DNA of 64,000 nucleotides, taken from positions 1,163-65,162 of the forward strand of contig JANOEH010000179.1 of NCBI GenBank assembly GCA_031413115.1, given 5' to 3'. Below are positions 25,837 to 34,317 of this stretch, piece by piece. The notes beneath the pieces are model-generated. The model was not told the origin of the DNA and searched no databases. It worked only from the letters and a program-made list of their open reading frames with translations. Origin of the DNA: Candidatus Eiseniibacteriota bacterium. GTDB lineage: Bacteria; Eisenbacteria; RBG-16-71-46; DASYSL01. The stretch's first letter is position 1, and the number at the start of each line of letters is the position of its first letter. A program made the position numbers and the translations under genes.

Positions 25837-26352
25837 CTACGCCGCGGCGGGCGGCTTCAGCTTGCTCTTCACGGGCGGGGCGGAGCGCGCCAGGTCTTCG
25901 GCCATGGGACCGAGCTTGACCTGCTTCGTCGCGGCGCGCAGCACGTAGACGCGTGTGTTGTTCCCCAGCGGATCGAGCGGAAAGACGAAGAACCCCGGGC
26001 GCTCGGCCGAGTAGGTCTGCGCATGTCCCACCAGCAGCTCGCCGTCCTCGAACAGCACCGCGATGCGACGCCCGACCTGCGGGCCCGAGTCCATGGCGGG
26101 AAAGCGGCGGTTCTTGTGGCGCATCCGGTTACCGATCAGGTCGCGCACGAAGAAGACGCCCTTGAGCTCCGCGGTCTTGACCGGCACAGGCTGCGATCCG
26201 CCCTTGGGCAGCACGTGGAAGAGCGGCCGCTCGGGAAAGAAGTCGCGCGTGTAGCCCTTGACCACCTGGCCGTTGCGATAGCGCGCGACGACGAGATTGT
26301 TCTCGCCGCCCGCGGCCGCGGGGGCTCCCGTGGGACCGGTGTGGGGATGCAT
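25837..26352 (-). CDS. Hypothetical protein, tandem paralog B, with an internal two-fold repeat.
   Basis: 171 aa, paralogous to 25169..25696. Example conserved blocks: NLVVARYRNGQVVKGYTRDF, GVFFVRDLIG, RRIAVLFEDGELLVGHAQ, NTRVYVLRAATK. Confidence 0.6.
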   Translation of the reverse strand: MHPHTGPTGAPAAAGGENNLVVARYRNGQVVKGYTRDFFPERPLFHVLPKGGSQPVPVKTAELKGVFFVRDLIGNRMRHKNRRFPAMDSGPQVGRRIAVLFEDGELLVGHAQTYSAERPGFFVFPLDPLGNNTRVYVLRAATKQVKLGPMAEDLARSAPPVKSKLKPPAAA

Positions 26353-26429
26353 GGCGTGTCTCCTCCGGCGGGGGGACGGTCGTCGGCCTCCCGGTTCCCC
26401 GGGTCATCGGCAGGTCAAGGCGTGGGCTT

Positions 26430-27224
26430 TCAGGAAAAGACACCGCGGACCAGGCGGCTGAGGAGACCCCGCGGAACCAGCCGAATCAGCGCCGTGAGCG
26501 CCTGGTAGCGCCAGCCGACGACCACCGAAGCGTCCTTGCCCAGGCGCCCCAGGGCCGCCTTCGCGACGTCGTCCGGGAAGGTCCAGGCCCAGGCCGGGAT
26601 CCCCGACGTGTCGATCCCCGCGACCCCGTGGAACTCGGTCCGCGTGTAGCCGGGGGAGACCGCGAGCGCGTCGATGCCGAGCGGCGCCAGCTCCCCCCAC
26701 AGGCTCTCGCCCAGGAACAGGTCGAACGCCTTGGTCGCGCTGTAGAGCGAGCCCGAGGCCAGGGCCAGGTGTCCCGCGACGCTCGCCACGTAGACCAGGC
26801 CGCCGCGCCCGCGGGCGATCATCGCCGGCAGGAGCGCGCGCGTGAGCTCGACGGGGACTCGACAGTGCAAATCGACCTGGGCGAGCAGGCGGGCGGGGTC
26901 GGCCGTCGCGAACGGCGCATGAACCGCGATGCCGGCGTTGTGGACGACGAGACCCACGTCGATGTTGCGTTCCGCCAGTGCGGCGAGGAGGCGGGGGATC
27001 GCGTCCGCGGCGACGAGGTCGAGCGCGATGGCCTCGGTGCGCACGCCGTGCGCGGCGGTCAGTTCCGCGGCAAGCGCGTCGAGCCGATCGCCGCGGCGGG
27101 CGACGAGGACGACGTCGGTGCCGTCGGCCGCGAGACGGCGCGCGAACGCCTCGCCGATCCCGGCCGATGCGCCCGTGACGAGGGCGGCGCCTCCATAGCG
27201 CGCGCCGAACGAGTGTGCGCGCAA
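26430..27224 (-). CDS. SDR-family oxidoreductase (short-chain dehydrogenase).
   Basis: TGASAGIG cofactor motif. S...YSATK catalytic YxxxK. TTG start directly after the stop of the upstream gene. Confidence 0.85.
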   Translation of the reverse strand: MRAHSFGARYGGAALVTGASAGIGEAFARRLAADGTDVVLVARRGDRLDALAAELTAAHGVRTEAIALDLVAADAIPRLLAALAERNIDVGLVVHNAGIAVHAPFATADPARLLAQVDLHCRVPVELTRALLPAMIARGRGGLVYVASVAGHLALASGSLYSATKAFDLFLGESLWGELAPLGIDALAVSPGYTRTEFHGVAGIDTSGIPAWAWTFPDDVAKAALGRLGKDASVVVGWRYQALTALIRLVPRGLLSRLVRGVFS

Positions 27225-27225
27225 G

Positions 27226-28572
27226 CTAGCGGCGGTCGATCACGACAGTGCCACCCTTGATCACCAGGCTCGGGCGCTCGAGCAGCGTGATGTCGTCCAG
27301 CGGGTCGCCGCGCACGGCAACGAAGTCCGCGTAGCGGCCCTTCTCGACGATGCCGACCTCGTTCCAGCCCAGCAGCTCGGCGGCTCCGGAGGTGGCCGAG
27401 ACGATCGCGGCCATGGGGCTCATGCCCAGGTCGGTCATGAACTTGAACTCGCGCGCGTTCTGTCCGTGGGGGAAGACGCCGGCATCGGTGCCGAACGCGA
27501 TCTTCACGCCGCCGTTCAGCGCGCGGCGGAATGAGTCGCGCATGATCGGGCCGACCTGCTTCGCCTTGGCGACCGCGTGCGGCGGGATCCCGCCCTTGTC
27601 GGCCTGGTCGAACACCCACTCGCCGGCGCTGCGGGTCGGGACGAACCAGCAGTCCTTCTCCTTCATCAGCTTCACGCCTTCCTCGTCGAGGTAGGTGCCG
27701 TGCTCGATCGAGGACACGCCGCCGCGCACCGCGGCCTTGAGCCCTTCGGCGCCGTGGGCATGCGCGCAGACCTTGAGGCCGAGCAGGTGTGCCTCGTCGA
27801 CCATCGCCGCAATCTCGGCGTCGGAGAAGGCTCGGGCGTCGAGCGCGTCGTTGGCCGACAGGACGCCGCCGGTGGTCATGATCTTGATCACGCCCGCGCC
27901 ATGCTTGTGCGCGTAGCGCACCGCCTTGCGGCACTCGTCGGCGCCGGTGGGCAGACCCTGCGTGTAGTCGAGGTGGTCCTCGAGGATGCCGGGGCGGTAG
28001 CCATTGGCGTCGCCGTGACCGCCGATGGTCGAGAACGAGTTGGTGGAGACGATCATGCGCGGTCCCGGCACCAGCCCGCGCTCGATGGCTTTCTTGAGTG
28101 CCACGTCGACGAACTCGCCCGCGCCGAGGTTGCGCACGGTGGTGAAGCCGGCCTCGAGCGTGCGCCGGGCGAAGAGCGTCGCGCCGATCGCCTGGTCGGC
28201 GGGCGTCTCGGTCACGCCGCGCAGGAGCGTGCCGGCGGAGACCTCGAACGTGAGGTGGGTGTGGCAGTCGATGAGCCCGGGCAAGAGCGTCTGGCCGGCC
28301 AGATCGACCGTCGCCGCCCCGGCAGGCGCGGTCAGGTTGGCGCCGATCGACTCGATGCGATCGTTCTTCACCAGCACGTCGACGCCGCGCCGCGGCGAGC
28401 CGCCCTTGCCGTCGATCAGCGTCGCGCCCTGGAGCAGGATCCAGCGCGGGACAGGGGGCTCCGCGGCGAGCGCGGGCGTGGCCGGCGCAGCGAGGCCCAC
28501 GACCGAGAAGGAAACTGCGAAGGCCGCGGCGGTGGCCGCGGCCCGGAGTGGATCAGAACGAAATCGGATCAT
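27226..28572 (-). CDS. Secreted amidohydrolase-family metal-dependent hydrolase.
   Basis: Signal peptide. LPGLIDCHTHL metal-binding HxH motif. Downstream HAHG and GTDAG motifs of the amidohydrolase superfamily. Confidence 0.85.
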   Translation of the reverse strand: MIRFRSDPLRAAATAAAFAVSFSVVGLAAPATPALAAEPPVPRWILLQGATLIDGKGGSPRRGVDVLVKNDRIESIGANLTAPAGAATVDLAGQTLLPGLIDCHTHLTFEVSAGTLLRGVTETPADQAIGATLFARRTLEAGFTTVRNLGAGEFVDVALKKAIERGLVPGPRMIVSTNSFSTIGGHGDANGYRPGILEDHLDYTQGLPTGADECRKAVRYAHKHGAGVIKIMTTGGVLSANDALDARAFSDAEIAAMVDEAHLLGLKVCAHAHGAEGLKAAVRGGVSSIEHGTYLDEEGVKLMKEKDCWFVPTRSAGEWVFDQADKGGIPPHAVAKAKQVGPIMRDSFRRALNGGVKIAFGTDAGVFPHGQNAREFKFMTDLGMSPMAAIVSATSGAAELLGWNEVGIVEKGRYADFVAVRGDPLDDITLLERPSLVIKGGTVVIDRR

Positions 28573-28609
28573 GGGGTCTCCGTGCGCCGTCTTCCTGGAG
28601 CCAGCTTCG

Positions 28610-30190
28610 CTACATGAGCTTGGCGAGAAGCTGCTCGTTCGTGGGGTACAGGCGCAACAGTTCGAGCAACTCGTTCATCGCGCTCTCGGAGTCGCGCTCG
28701 GACAGCCGGCGGCGCAGGTTGTTGATCGCGCGCATCTCGTCGGGGCCGTAGAGCTTCTCTTCCTTGCGGGTGCCGCTGGCCTTGATGTCGATGCAGGGGA
28801 ACACGCGGCGCTCGAAGAGCTGGCGCGACAGCACGAGCTCCATGTTTCCGGTGCCCTTGAACTCCTGGAAGATCACCTCGTCCATGCGCGAACCGGTCTC
28901 GATCAGCGCCGTGCCGAGGATGGTGAGGCTGCCGCCACCCTCGATGTTGCGCGCGGCGCCGAAGATCTGCCGCGGCACCTGCATGGTGGCTGCGTCGAGA
29001 CCGCCCGACAGCGTGCGGCCGATGCCCTGGAACGTCGTGTTGTAGGCGCGGGCGAGGCGCGTGATCGAGTCGAGGAGGACGCCCACGTCCTTGCCGTCGA
29101 GCACCGGCACGAGGACGCGGGTGAGCGCCTTCTCGGCGATCTCGACGTGCTCGGCCGACGTCTGGTCGCTGGAGGCGGCCAGCACCTCGCACGGGACGGA
29201 GCGCCGGAAGTGTGTGACCTCCTCGGGCCGCTCGTCGACGAGCAACACGACGACCTCGATCTCGGGATGATTCTTCGCCAGCGAGACGGCGACCTCCTGC
29301 AGGAGCGTCGTCTTGCCGGCCTTGGGCGGCGCGGTGATGAGGCAGCGCTGACCCTTGCCGATGGGCGCGATGATGTCGAGCGCCCGCATGGACAGGCCGT
29401 CGGCCGTCAGTTCGAGCTTGAGACGCTCGTTCGGATCGATCGAGACCTGCTGCTGAAGTTCCTTGAGCACGTCGGTGAACGGCGCCTCGCGGCGGTCCCG
29501 GCCGCCGCGACTGCGACCACCGGCGTAGCCGCCCCCGCGCGAAGGCGCGCCACCGTAGCCGCCGCCGTAGCGCTGACGTTCGCCCGTGCGATCGGTCGGG
29601 CCGCCATCGGCCCGCCGGAAGCCGTTGGTGCGCGGCTGGGACGAAGGCGCCGGGCGCGGTCCGCGCGGCGCCCCGTACCCGTTGCTGCTGGGCTGCCGCT
29701 CGGGCGGGCGATCCCCACGCGGGACGTCGCGCGAGTCACGCATGCCGTCGGGACGGACGCCCTCGGGGCGGCCCCCGGCGCGGCGACCACCGCGACCTCG
29801 GCGGCGTTCCCCGCGCGGGCCCTCGGCCGGGCCACGGGCACCGGTTTCGCCGCGGGCGCCGGGATCGGCGCCGGGGCCTGGCTGGGGGCGCGGTCCGCGC
29901 GTGCCGTACCCGGGCTGCGGGCGAGGTTCGCGCACTTCGCGCCCGTCGCGTGGCGGACGGCCATCGCGGGCCGGGCGGGCGTCCCGCTGTTCGCGCGGCG
30001 GCCGGGCTTCCCGCGGCGCACGGGGCTCATCGTTGCGCTCGCGCGGCGGCGCGGGCACATAGGACGGCGGAGGGGCGGACGGGGCCGGCCCGGTCGGACG
30101 CGCGGGGGATGCGCTCGACGAGGCGGGCGAGGGTCCGGTGGTCTTGCGTGCGGGACGACGGCCGAAGGAGCCGGAGGTGGTGCGTTTCAC
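28610..30190 (-). CDS. rho: Transcription termination factor Rho, atypical: an RG/Pro-rich ~240-aa N-terminal region replaces the canonical OB-fold.
   Basis: The C-terminal ~285 aa align along the Rho ATPase domain (APIGKGQRCLITAPPKAGKTTLLQ, VVLLVDERPEEV, LLDSITRLARAYN, R-loop/Q-loop regions). GTG start; no in-frame extension upstream. Confidence 0.9.
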   Translation of the reverse strand: MKRTTSGSFGRRPARKTTGPSPASSSASPARPTGPAPSAPPPSYVPAPPRERNDEPRAPREARPPREQRDARPARDGRPPRDGREVREPRPQPGYGTRGPRPQPGPGADPGARGETGARGPAEGPRGERRRGRGGRRAGGRPEGVRPDGMRDSRDVPRGDRPPERQPSSNGYGAPRGPRPAPSSQPRTNGFRRADGGPTDRTGERQRYGGGYGGAPSRGGGYAGGRSRGGRDRREAPFTDVLKELQQQVSIDPNERLKLELTADGLSMRALDIIAPIGKGQRCLITAPPKAGKTTLLQEVAVSLAKNHPEIEVVVLLVDERPEEVTHFRRSVPCEVLAASSDQTSAEHVEIAEKALTRVLVPVLDGKDVGVLLDSITRLARAYNTTFQGIGRTLSGGLDAATMQVPRQIFGAARNIEGGGSLTILGTALIETGSRMDEVIFQEFKGTGNMELVLSRQLFERRVFPCIDIKASGTRKEEKLYGPDEMRAINNLRRRLSERDSESAMNELLELLRLYPTNEQLLAKLM

Positions 30191-30573
30191 TATGGGAACA
30201 CTCGCGATTTCTGGTTCGGTGGCACGAAATACGTGTGGCCGCTGGAGCTGCGGCCGGGCGGGCCGGGGCCGTCACCGGAACACCGGTGAGCGGCGGGGTG
30301 CCGCCGGGATCGGGACGGGCAGGTGCACCGTCCGCGCGCGTCGTCTCGACCGCGCGAGCCGTGCGATCGAACGGCGATCGCACAGGCAGAGTGTACGCCA
30401 CCCGCGGCGGCGGGATCAACCGGGAGTTTCCGTCCCGCCGGGACAGGTTCTTGGGGCTGGACTGGGGCCCTATCCGTGGCTTCCGGGAGATGCAAACGGC
30501 AAGCGAAAAGCCCCGGCCGTGCGGCGCCGGGGCCTGCTCGCAAACCCCTGGCTCCCTTTTGGGGAGCCCGTAT
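30191..30573 (-). promoter_or_regulatory. Long (~380 nt) untranslated leader upstream of rho.
   Basis: No credible ORF in any frame. rho genes commonly carry long autoregulatory leaders. Confidence 0.3.
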
Positions 30574-33360
30574 CTATCTCGCCGTGGCGGCGGTCCCGCC
30601 CGCGATCGGGTTGGGCCGCAGGGCGCCCGGCACGTCGCGCTGCGCCTCGAGGGCGCGGCGGGCCCGGGCCCGCAGCTCCATCAGGTGCGCGCGCACGGTG
30701 TCGCTGCCGGGGCCGGCGGGGCCCAGTCCGCGCTGGCAGGCGTCGGAGATCCGCGTCAGGTGGAGCCGCGCCAGGGCCGGGGCATCCTCCGGTGCCGCCG
30801 GCGACGGGTTGACCACCATCTCCGAGAGCCGGTCGACGTAGGCGCGCTGCAAGCCGCGGCGCGTGTTCGGACGATCGAGCGTGGCGTACTTCGCCGCGCC
30901 GGCCGCAGGAACCGATCCGGCGACGCCCAGCTCACCGCAGATCGCGCCGGTCAGGCGCGCGAACACGTCCTGCAAGCGGAACGCTCCGGCGCCGACGCGC
31001 GACTCCTGCTCGCGCAGGCGCGTCAACAACGAGGGCTCGGTGATGCCGTTCATCGCGCCCACCTGGATGGCGAGGACGCGCGACAGGAAGGGATAGTCCT
31101 GGCGCCCATAGGCGAACAGGTTGTTGCCCCAGTCCCACTGCTGGTCCTTGCCGATCTTGTCGAGCAGCGTCGCCGGAACGACCATCGCGTCGGCGGAGAA
31201 TGCGCGTTGGGCGAGGAAGTCCATCGCCTCCTTCTGCTCGGCGGGCGACACGTGCGTGAACGGACCGGTCTCGCCCGGATCGCCCTTCATCACCTTGTGG
31301 GCGTACTGGCCGCCGACGTACTTGCGGGCGTGCGACAGGCCGCGCGCGTACTGCAGGAGCATCGAATCCATCGCGCGGCGCAGGGCGACGTACGAGTCGC
31401 CCTCCTTCATCAGCTTGCCTTCGAGGTTCGGCGTGTTCCACAGGTTCTGCACGTAGGCCACGCGGTCCTTGGAGAACGCGAGCGGGCTCGAGCCCAGGTC
31501 GTAGATGTTGCAGCGCGGGTCGAGCGCGTCGGCCGGGTAGGTGTCCTCGTCGGTGCCGTAGAGGTGGCCGTCGGCGGTCGCCTCGCGCGCGATCGGCGTG
31601 ACGAGCTTGTAGTCGTCCTCGACCGTCGTGGCCGACGTCGGCGTGTAGCCGTAGCGAATCACCCAGTCGTCGTAGGTGCCGACGGTCGGCGACCAGTAGT
31701 AGCCCTGGCGCGTCGGATCGGACGAGACGTTCGGCGTGTCGTAATCCATGATCGAGCCGACCAGGCCGTTCTGCGCGACCCATGCCTTGTCCTGCAGCAG
31801 CTCGCGCGGGACGTCGGTCGACGACTTGAAGTTGTGGCGCAGTCCGAGCGTGTGCCCGACCTCGTGCATCGTGACCGCCTTGAGGCCGGCGCCGACGAAC
31901 TCCTTCGGGGCCGGCTCGCCGGGGGGCGTGACGCCGTTCAGGGCGAGCGCGGTCGACAGGAACTCGGATTCGGTCGCGTGGCCGATCCCGGCCATGCACA
32001 GGCGCGACGGATCGGTGACGTCCTTCAGCCACGCCTGCGTCGGCAGGTTCATCGCCTGATCGATCACGTCGGGGGCGGCCCAGCGGCGCCAGTTGTTCGA
32101 GTAGCCGACGATCATGTTGCCTTCCATGAGGATGTCGGCGTTCAGGATCTCACCCGTGCGCGGATCGGTCTGGCTGGGTCCGATCGCGCCGAAGCTCGGC
32201 TCGTGCGACACGATCCAGCGGATCGTCGTGTAGCGCGCGTCCTCGGCATCCCAGTCGGGATCGTCCGTCGGCACGTCCTTCGCGATGATCGCGTTCTTGA
32301 AGCCGGCCTTCTCGAACGACTTCTGCCACTCCTCGATGCCCGCCTTCACGTACGGCTTCCACTCGGCCGGGATGGTGTTGTCGAGGTAGAACACGATCGG
32401 CTGCTTGGGCTCGGACACCGCGGCCGTCGGATCCTTCTTCTCCAGGCGCCAGCGGTTGATGTAGCGCACCCAGTAGTCGGGCTTGCCGTCGCGGCTCATG
32501 TCCTTGTAAGCGTTCGTGAAGTAGCCCGCGCGATCATCGGCGAGCCGCGGCGCCATCGGCGACTCGGGCAGCTCGAGGAAGCTGTAGTGGACCGTGATCG
32601 GCACGTAGCGGCTGTCCGGCAGCGGCCCGAAGTCGAGGTTCTCGCGATCGTTCGGCGAGAAGGTGAGCAGCGCCTCGACTTCCATGTTCCGCGGGAACGC
32701 CTTGTGCGCGGTGACCGCCGAGCGCTCCTTGTCGAAGCGGAAGCCCTTGTCTGTCGAGCCCTTGAGCCGCGTGGTCAGGTCGAGGCAGTCGCTGGCGAAC
32801 ATCGGCGCCATGTCGATGAGGACCGTCGAGTCCTTTTCGCTCTCGATCTTGAACACTTGCAGCGCCGAGCTGCCGAACGACAGGTCGACGGCACGCCGGT
32901 ACGCGGAGTCGCCCGAGCTGGCGACGATGCTGGTCGTCGGGGCGACGAGGAAGATGCGGTCCCCGTTGCGCTCGAACTGCACCATGCCGTCGAGGATCGG
33001 CAGGCCGCCCAGCGTGTAGGCGGTCCCGATGCCGCGGGCGAAGTGCGCGTTCATGAGAAACGGTTTGCCCAGGCGGTCCTGCTTGATCTCCCAGTAGATG
33101 ACTTCGCGCTTGGTCCACGCCGGGAACATGCCGTCCTTGCGCGTCGCGTCCTTGGTGACCTTGCTCCACTCCCCGAAGCCGCTCTCGGGGGTGGCGGACT
33201 TGGCGTCCTTCTTGTCCTTGTCGCCGGACGACTTGCCGGCGGGGGGGGCGCCGTCGGGGAAGGGCTTCTGATCGGCCAGGGCGGGCAGGGCGAACGCGGA
33301 CACGGACGCGACGAGCGCGCAGGTGAACGCCGCGCGCGCGAAGAGCAGACGCAACGACAT
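30574..33360 (-). CDS. Secreted zinc-dependent metalloprotease (large, ~928 aa; DUF5117/DUF5118-type metalloprotease family).
   Basis: Internal ATG at 33360 with signal peptide MSLRLLFARAAFTCALVASVSAFALPALA. HEXXH in AVTMHEVGHTLGLRHNF. Confidence 0.8.
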   Translation of the reverse strand: MSLRLLFARAAFTCALVASVSAFALPALADQKPFPDGAPPAGKSSGDKDKKDAKSATPESGFGEWSKVTKDATRKDGMFPAWTKREVIYWEIKQDRLGKPFLMNAHFARGIGTAYTLGGLPILDGMVQFERNGDRIFLVAPTTSIVASSGDSAYRRAVDLSFGSSALQVFKIESEKDSTVLIDMAPMFASDCLDLTTRLKGSTDKGFRFDKERSAVTAHKAFPRNMEVEALLTFSPNDRENLDFGPLPDSRYVPITVHYSFLELPESPMAPRLADDRAGYFTNAYKDMSRDGKPDYWVRYINRWRLEKKDPTAAVSEPKQPIVFYLDNTIPAEWKPYVKAGIEEWQKSFEKAGFKNAIIAKDVPTDDPDWDAEDARYTTIRWIVSHEPSFGAIGPSQTDPRTGEILNADILMEGNMIVGYSNNWRRWAAPDVIDQAMNLPTQAWLKDVTDPSRLCMAGIGHATESEFLSTALALNGVTPPGEPAPKEFVGAGLKAVTMHEVGHTLGLRHNFKSSTDVPRELLQDKAWVAQNGLVGSIMDYDTPNVSSDPTRQGYYWSPTVGTYDDWVIRYGYTPTSATTVEDDYKLVTPIAREATADGHLYGTDEDTYPADALDPRCNIYDLGSSPLAFSKDRVAYVQNLWNTPNLEGKLMKEGDSYVALRRAMDSMLLQYARGLSHARKYVGGQYAHKVMKGDPGETGPFTHVSPAEQKEAMDFLAQRAFSADAMVVPATLLDKIGKDQQWDWGNNLFAYGRQDYPFLSRVLAIQVGAMNGITEPSLLTRLREQESRVGAGAFRLQDVFARLTGAICGELGVAGSVPAAGAAKYATLDRPNTRRGLQRAYVDRLSEMVVNPSPAAPEDAPALARLHLTRISDACQRGLGPAGPGSDTVRAHLMELRARARRALEAQRDVPGALRPNPIAGGTAATAR

Positions 33361-33602
33361 GAGACGACTCCTCCGGGAGCGTACGAGACCAGGTCGCCCG
33401 TGGGGGGCGCGGGGTTGAAGGCAAGACGGCCATGATGCGTGAGGACACCGTCGCGCAGGCGACAACTCTGCGTCAAGCGCAGCGCGCGGAACGGCCCGCG
33501 GACGATTCCGCTTTCCGCCCCGGACTGGCGGCTGCCAGAATCCGGAGCACAGCCCATTCCCGGCCCGCCGGCGGCACCCGTCCCCTGCATGGAGGTTCCA
33601 GG

Positions 33603-34310
33603 ATGCGACTCCGCTCATTGCTCCGTCCGCTGGTCCTCTTTTCGTGCGTCATGGCGTGCATCGCCTGGGCGGGTTGCGCCGCCCGGTCGGCGCGCGTCGC
33701 CGACGCCGCGCCCGCTGCGCCCGCTGCACCGGCGGCCACCGCGTCGACGCCGCTGACCACGACGGGCCAGCCCGTGGTCACCGCGGGCTCGGCCGGGCCC
33801 GGCACGTCCGGCCCGGGTGGCGATCCGGTCGCCCGCGGGAAGTTCCTCGCCGACGTGCTCGGTTGCGTCGACTGCCATTCGCCGAAGGGACCCGACGGAA
33901 AGATCGTTCCCGGATTCATGCTCGCCGGCCATCGCACCGTCGACCCGTACGCGGCCTGGTCGGACTCGCTGTGGGACGCCGGGATGGGCATGATCGTCGC
34001 GCCGTCGGGAACCGCGTTCGCCGGGCCGTGGGGCGTCACGTTCGGGCGCAACCTCACGCCCGATCCGACCACCGGCATCGGCGGCTGGAACGAGGAAGCG
34101 TTCATCTACATCCTCCGGGAGGGCACGCTCAAGCCTCCGATGCCCAGCCTCGCCTACGGCAATCTGTCGGACGACGACCTGAAGGCGATCTTCGCGTACC
34201 TTCGCTCCGTGCCCGCGGTCAACAACCTCGTGCCGTTCCGGCAGCTCGCGCCGCCGCTCCTGCCCGGCGAAACGCCGGGTGTGAAGGGCAAGTCCGCGGG
34301 AAAGAAATAG
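33603..34310 (+). CDS. c-type cytochrome (mono-haem), lipoprotein-like.
   Basis: ATG at 33603. Signal/lipobox region ...CIAWAGC. Haem-binding CVDCH motif. Confidence 0.7.
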   Translation: MRLRSLLRPLVLFSCVMACIAWAGCAARSARVADAAPAAPAAPAATASTPLTTTGQPVVTAGSAGPGTSGPGGDPVARGKFLADVLGCVDCHSPKGPDGKIVPGFMLAGHRTVDPYAAWSDSLWDAGMGMIVAPSGTAFAGPWGVTFGRNLTPDPTTGIGGWNEEAFIYILREGTLKPPMPSLAYGNLSDDDLKAIFAYLRSVPAVNNLVPFRQLAPPLLPGETPGVKGKSAGKK

Positions 34311-34317
34311 GAGCCCG

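Larger units (their letters stand above)
25169..26352 (-). repeat. Tandem gene duplication (two paralogous ~0.5-kb genes separated by 140 bp).
   Basis: Protein-level similarity of about 65-70% across the full length. Same orientation. Confidence 0.6.

Noticed and set aside
28025-33435. Two long plus-strand ORFs (754 aa and 1161 aa) opposite the amidohydrolase, rho and metalloprotease genes
   Set aside because: Both are antisense to minus-strand proteins with clear catalytic motifs (HxH amidohydrolase, Rho Walker motifs, HEXXH protease). Their translations are Arg/Gly/Ala-rich without motifs.
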